The notes beneath the pieces were generated by a model. The model did no database searches and was not told the DNA's origin. It saw only the letters and a list, made by a program, of their open reading frames with translations. Positions 59,367-64,000 of a DNA stretch of 64,000 nt are shown one piece after another. The position numbers were made by a program, and so were the translations under genes. The stretch is from Corallococcus sp. GTDB lineage: Bacteria > Bacillota > Clostridia > Christensenellales > CAG-314. Position 1 is the stretch's first letter. Each line of letters begins with the position of its first letter. The stretch covers positions 7-64,006 of the forward strand of contig JAMPHX010000001.1 in NCBI GenBank assembly GCA_023663205.1, written 5' to 3'.

Positions 59367-61985
59367 ATGAAAAAACGCAAAGTCATTTTATCCGTATTGT
59401 TGACGTTTGTGTTGCTGCTGACGATTTCCGTAGCCGCGGCTTGCAATCCCGACGACGGTCCCGTAGAGTCGCCCTTCGATTCTTGGGCGCTGCAAAGCAT
59501 AAGCGTAGGCGGCAACTACAGGAAGGAATACAACCTTAACGAGGCGTTCTCCGCAGAGGGGCTTACCGTTTCCGCGCGTATGAAAAACGTGGAATCGGGC
59601 GATACCCGCACGGATGACGTAACGGCAAATGCCCAAATAGACAGCGGCAAATTTAATTCCGCAATGGTAGGAACTTATGCAATAACGGTAAGTTACACCC
59701 ACAGCGGAGTGACGCGTTACGCGCAGTTTGACGTAAGAGTAAAGCCTTACGAACCGCAAGTCAACGGCATATCTATTGCCAAGGTCAAATATGATTACGA
59801 TATTCCGCAAGGCGCGTCTTATGTCAAAATAGACGTCGATGATATTACCGTCAAAGCAGTAAACGCCCAAGGCGAGGAAGAAGCAACCGCGCTTGACAAA
59901 TCGGCGTATACCCTTACGTATTACCGCGGGGGAGAAAAGTTGGCAAACCTCGACACTGCAACCAAAGGCGCGTATACCATTCAGGCGGAAAGAAAGTCCG
60001 ACGGACAAAAAGCGTTTGCGGTGATATACGTTCTCGACCCCGTACAAAGCATAGAGTTTAGGTCGGGTACGCTTACGCAGGAACAGGCTTTGACCGACAG
60101 TATGACGGGCAATTGGATGTTTACCGTAACTAACCGCAGCGGAACAACGCACGATGTAACATCCGACAAGGTCGAACTGGGAAGTATCAACTCGCTTATC
60201 CCCGGCAGTTACAAAGCAAACGTCGTTTACAGCGAATACGACGCCAAGGGCAATTCTTCAACTGCCGAAACCGCGGTGGATTACACCGTAACAAAAGTTG
60301 CGGGAATGGTTAACCAATCCTATGCCGTCAATATTTCGGGCGTAGGCGGAGACGGAAAATTTGAAATCAAACCCGCAAACGAAGCAACCGACGGCGTTTT
60401 GAATGCCGAGGGAGGAATTTCGCTTATTACGGGTACAGACAGTTCGGGTAAGGAAATGGTAATAACTATCGAAGGCAACACTGCCGCGTGCGGTTCCAAA
60501 TCCTTTACAAAACGTATGAAATTCGGCGGAAAGAGCCAAAGCGGTACAAGACAAATCAAGTTGGAAGTAAAGGGCGCTTCGCTCATTACCGTTTACGCAA
60601 AGAGCGGTAGTAGCAGTACTCTGCGCGGATTAGGCTTGTACAGCGACGCAACCGTTTCCGCTGCAAAAAGATTGGATACCACCGAACAAATGCTTGGTAC
60701 CGTCGTCCCGCTTACATACCTTGTAGATAAGGCAGGCACGTATTACTTGGCTGCGCCCGACGGCGACGTAAATATTTACTACATCCAAATAGACACCGTT
60801 TTGACCGGCGAAGCGGCAAACGGACAGCAAAGTATCGAACTTCCTACGGAAACGCAAGTTGCGGGTATCACGCTCGATACGTCTAACTTAGTCAAAAAGG
60901 AGTTTACCAAAGGCGACGCGTTTACATACGAAGGGCTTGTAGTTAACCAAAAGATTTACAATCCGGTAACGGCGGACACTCGTTTTGAAGCGGTTACGGA
61001 CTATACGGCTACAATTACCAAAGGCAGTATGGACGAACAGGGCGAAATTACAGTAACGGTAGAGTATCAAGGCAAGACTGCAACGTATATCGCCAAAGTC
61101 AACTCGCTTGTTGACGGCGTCAACGGTATAAAGGTAAGCGCAACCGCACCTACCGTAGAGTTGGAAAGCGCTGACGACAAACACACTGTGGAACAAAGCG
61201 ACTTTGTCGTCACAACCGATAGCGGCGCTGCGATAACCGAAGGTCCTAATGCGGGAGAGTGTTTCAATATTCTGTACGACCTGTACCGTGTAACGGACGG
61301 AACGGAAGAGTATCTGGGTACCAATTGGACGGTCGGCGCAGGCACATATAAGGTAAAAGTTGCCGCACAGTACAACAACTCTTATGTTGAAGGCACAACA
61401 TCTTTTGAAGCAGAGTGTACGTTTACGGTAAAAGTCAAGGCAGCAGAAGGCGAAGTAACTACGGAATCTTTTGCGCTTGACGTACTTGCAGACCAAGCGT
61501 CGTTCAGCGAAACAGCATATGCGCCAAACAGTAATATTGCCGACAACTCGTTGTTTACGCTGACAAATACCGTCGCAATGAAGACCTCTTTCGGCGGAAC
61601 ATTCGGCAACTTGCAAAACGGCAGCAATGCGGTTACTTATACGACAATGGACGGCAAAGCCGCCAATCCCAACCAAGGCATTAAGGTGTCAAGCAATATT
61701 GCCCTCGGCACAACGGCGGATTCGCTGTTTACGGTTACTGCAAAAGACAAAATAACGCTGTACTTATACGTAACTTACGCAAACGACAGTTTCAATTCCA
61801 ATAAGGAAGGGATAGTATTTTACAGCGTCAACGGCGGAGAAAAGACTTCGCAGACAATTGCCGCTCGCAAATCCGTATGGACGATAAGCGTAACTTTGGA
61901 ACAAGGTCAAGTGTTGACGCTCGGCGCAACCGCAACGGTCGAAGGCAAACTATGGCTGTTCGGCGCCGAAGCGGTATCGCAGTAA
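59367..61985 (+). CDS. Cell-surface lipoprotein with bacterial Ig-like repeats
   Basis: GGAGGA SD. Lipobox LLLTISVAAAC. Repeated pattern Y..G..F..EGL.V......V.DYT...GTY.ITV.Y (for example GEITVTVEYQGKTATYIAKV). Confidence 0.75.
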   Translation: MKKRKVILSVLLTFVLLLTISVAAACNPDDGPVESPFDSWALQSISVGGNYRKEYNLNEAFSAEGLTVSARMKNVESGDTRTDDVTANAQIDSGKFNSAMVGTYAITVSYTHSGVTRYAQFDVRVKPYEPQVNGISIAKVKYDYDIPQGASYVKIDVDDITVKAVNAQGEEEATALDKSAYTLTYYRGGEKLANLDTATKGAYTIQAERKSDGQKAFAVIYVLDPVQSIEFRSGTLTQEQALTDSMTGNWMFTVTNRSGTTHDVTSDKVELGSINSLIPGSYKANVVYSEYDAKGNSSTAETAVDYTVTKVAGMVNQSYAVNISGVGGDGKFEIKPANEATDGVLNAEGGISLITGTDSSGKEMVITIEGNTAACGSKSFTKRMKFGGKSQSGTRQIKLEVKGASLITVYAKSGSSSTLRGLGLYSDATVSAAKRLDTTEQMLGTVVPLTYLVDKAGTYYLAAPDGDVNIYYIQIDTVLTGEAANGQQSIELPTETQVAGITLDTSNLVKKEFTKGDAFTYEGLVVNQKIYNPVTADTRFEAVTDYTATITKGSMDEQGEITVTVEYQGKTATYIAKVNSLVDGVNGIKVSATAPTVELESADDKHTVEQSDFVVTTDSGAAITEGPNAGECFNILYDLYRVTDGTEEYLGTNWTVGAGTYKVKVAAQYNNSYVEGTTSFEAECTFTVKVKAAEGEVTTESFALDVLADQASFSETAYAPNSNIADNSLFTLTNTVAMKTSFGGTFGNLQNGSNAVTYTTMDGKAANPNQGIKVSSNIALGTTADSLFTVTAKDKITLYLYVTYANDSFNSNKEGIVFYSVNGGEKTSQTIAARKSVWTISVTLEQGQVLTLGATATVEGKLWLFGAEAVSQ

Positions 61986-62003
61986 GGCGGGGAGGATTAA
62001 ACA

Positions 62004-64000
62004 ATGAAAAAGAGTAAATTTACAAAACTGTTTTCCGTACTTATCGTTTTCGCTTTGATGTTTACGGTAGTGCTGGGAACGCTTGCGGCGTGTACGGAAC
62101 CGCACGCTTGCGAACATATCTGTCCGTACTGCAAGCAGTGCAAGGATAGCGAGTGTACCGAACTTGTATGCGAAAATAAGTGCAACTGCGGTTCGGCGCC
62201 CGTAGCACAGGGCAAAACCTACCATGTTACCGCCGACGCTCCGACAACGGGCGCGGACGGTTCCAAGGAAAAACCCTACAATATTTACACGTTGCTAAAC
62301 GATTTCAATTCGGTGGGCAACAGGAAACTGAGCGCGGGCGACACCGTATACGTACAGCCCGGCATATACAAACTTAGCGAAAGGATTATCATTTCGGCAA
62401 GCGGTTTGTACAACAACAGTATCAAGATAGTAAATGCGGCGTATGACGCAAACAGCGGATATACGGGCGCGGACAAACGCGTTGTGCTGGATTTCAGCGA
62501 TATGGAATTCAACAATCAGGCGCGCGGAGTTTCGCTTTACGGCGACTATATTTACTGGTACGGAATCGACGTCTGCGGAGCGGGCGACAACGGAATGTAC
62601 ATTGCAGGCAGTTACAACACGGTTGAGTATTGCGAGTTCTACAATAACCGCGATACCGGTCTGCAAATAGGCAGAGAAGCCTCCGAGCAATTGTTTGTTA
62701 AGGAGTGGCCCAGTTACAACCTTATCAAAAACTGCACTTCGCACAACAACTACGATAACGAAACTTACGGCGAAAACGCCGACGGTTTTGCGGCAAAACT
62801 TACAGTCGGTTACGGCAACGTATTTGACGGATGTATTGCATACCGCAACTCCGACGACGGTTGGGATTTGTATGCCAAATCCGATTCCGGCAATATCGGC
62901 GCGGTAATTATTTACAACTGCGTGGCATTTGAAAACGGATTTTTGGAATACACCCAACAGCAATTCAACAAATTGTTCCCCAAGTGGAATAAAGAATACA
63001 GCGAGTCGCAGGAAAACACCTTGGGTCTTGCCTCATACACGACGCGCGACGGCGACGGCAACGGCTTCAAATTGGGCGGTTCCATCATGGAAGGCGACGT
63101 TATTATGTACAACTGCCTTTCCTACGGCAATAGAATGCACGGCGTAACCGATAACTCCAACCCCGGCGTAATAAGCCTTATGGGTGTTACAAGTTACAAT
63201 AACAGTGCGGAAATCGACCAAAACGGCAAAATAAGCGGTATTCAAAAGGAAGATAAACACGGCAACATTGACCTTTCTCGTCAAACTTACAGTTACAACA
63301 CCCTTGACAGAGTGCTGTCGGTAAAGGACGAATTTGCCCTTGCTCTCGACGCCGATGCGTACAGAGGTTCTGTGACAAACAGTATTTTGGGCAACGGTTC
63401 GGGTTCTTCAAAGTGGAATGTGATACAGGGAAGTATCGATGCCGATACCAAGAACGGCGGAAAAACTTACACTTCGCAAATCAGCAATCTTGTTTCTTCC
63501 GAAATTTTTGCCAAGTTGCCAATTGAAAAGAAAGCGGAAGGCAACACTTATAACCTTGACGGCTGCGGCGATTTGGGTACGTACGATGCGGAAGGCAACC
63601 TTACGCTCAATGCGGACAGAGTGCACCTCAAATACCGCAATGACGACGGTTCGGTGAATATGGGAGATATACTTGCCGTCAAGGATTATTCCAAACTTCT
63701 GGGAAGCGACACAAAGATAGGTTCTGTATTGAACCTCAACAGTTACGACGCGTATACGCACTTTGTCGACGAAAAACTCCTCGGCAATGCGGAACACGAA
63801 ATAGCGTCTGTTCTTTTAAAGAGCAAGGAAGCGCTTACGATAGGAGTGGAAACTTCGGCGTGCTACCAAGATTTTGACGTGCTTACCAAAATGCTCGATT
63901 GCTACATTTCTTGGAAGTCGTCCGACGAAAAATTGATAAAACTCAACGGACAACTTGACGTTTCGCTTTCTCAAACGGAATATGCAAGGGCACAAGTTAC
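62004..64000 (+). CDS. Lipoprotein with a right-handed beta-helix, PL9-like pectate-lyase fold (3' end outside window)
   Basis: Absent from the ORF track because there is no stop in the window. GGGGAGG SD, ATG 62004, lipobox GTLAAC, open to 64000. Motifs NADGFAAK, NSDDGWDLY and GNGFKLGG are typical of PL9/beta-helix lyases, as recalled from memory. Confidence 0.65.
   Translation, partial: MKKSKFTKLFSVLIVFALMFTVVLGTLAACTEPHACEHICPYCKQCKDSECTELVCENKCNCGSAPVAQGKTYHVTADAPTTGADGSKEKPYNIYTLLNDFNSVGNRKLSAGDTVYVQPGIYKLSERIIISASGLYNNSIKIVNAAYDANSGYTGADKRVVLDFSDMEFNNQARGVSLYGDYIYWYGIDVCGAGDNGMYIAGSYNTVEYCEFYNNRDTGLQIGREASEQLFVKEWPSYNLIKNCTSHNNYDNETYGENADGFAAKLTVGYGNVFDGCIAYRNSDDGWDLYAKSDSGNIGAVIIYNCVAFENGFLEYTQQQFNKLFPKWNKEYSESQENTLGLASYTTRDGDGNGFKLGGSIMEGDVIMYNCLSYGNRMHGVTDNSNPGVISLMGVTSYNNSAEIDQNGKISGIQKEDKHGNIDLSRQTYSYNTLDRVLSVKDEFALALDADAYRGSVTNSILGNGSGSSKWNVIQGSIDADTKNGGKTYTSQISNLVSSEIFAKLPIEKKAEGNTYNLDGCGDLGTYDAEGNLTLNADRVHLKYRNDDGSVNMGDILAVKDYSKLLGSDTKIGSVLNLNSYDAYTHFVDEKLLGNAEHEIASVLLKSKEALTIGVETSACYQDFDVLTKMLDCYISWKSSDEKLIKLNGQLDVSLSQTEYARAQV

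Noticed and set aside
1-64000. Genome-wide stop-codon reassignment, as an explanation for the in-frame TAA/TAG at 1393 and 1633.
   Set aside because: All conserved genes in the window terminate normally at TAA, TAG or TGA at the expected protein lengths, so the standard bacterial code applies. The stops are local lesions or local readthrough.
1-64000. Search for CRISPR arrays, rRNA/tRNA genes, transposases, integrases, reverse transcriptases and known defence-system signatures.
   Set aside because: None was recognised by eye. tRNAscan, Infernal or DefenseFinder-type tools would be needed to exclude small or divergent instances.

Overview
This window looks like chromosomal DNA from a moderate-GC, Clostridia-like anaerobe. 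That inference rests on gene content, the secA-prfB arrangement, an S-box leader on metK, and many lipobox proteins. Most of it is ordinary housekeeping: leuS, cysK, malic enzyme, metK, recD2, secA, prfB, cls, tsaD, murC, pyk, psuG, ferritin, a P-type ATPase and an M32 carboxypeptidase. I found no rRNA, tRNA, CRISPR array, transposase, integrase or recognisable defence system by eye, and I cannot claim a clear new multi-gene system. The unusual content is confined to small accessory islets. (1) The left 2 kb is a decaying, mobile-element-like module. It has a DUF4926-like gene split at an A6G7 tract, a Zn-ribbon gene interrupted by in-frame stops, and two arrays of 10-bp-phased GTAGTTA iteron-like repeats. 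(2) A 1,535-aa orphan secreted protein sits divergent from a lone Sfp-type phosphopantetheinyl transferase. (3) Two XRE-regulator/small-membrane-protein modules are present, one with twin palindromic operators and one with a G9 tract in its leader. (4) A roughly 1,059-codon GLUG/InlB-repeat surface lipoprotein is split by a G9 homopolymer, which is either phase variation or an assembly error. It is followed by a hydrolase-membrane fusion, an esterase-like lipoprotein and an atypical GPH symporter. (5) A lipoprotein pair at the right edge consists of an Ig-like repeat protein and a PL9-like beta-helix protein with a Cys-rich linker. All family names come from motif recognition by eye, since no searches could be run.
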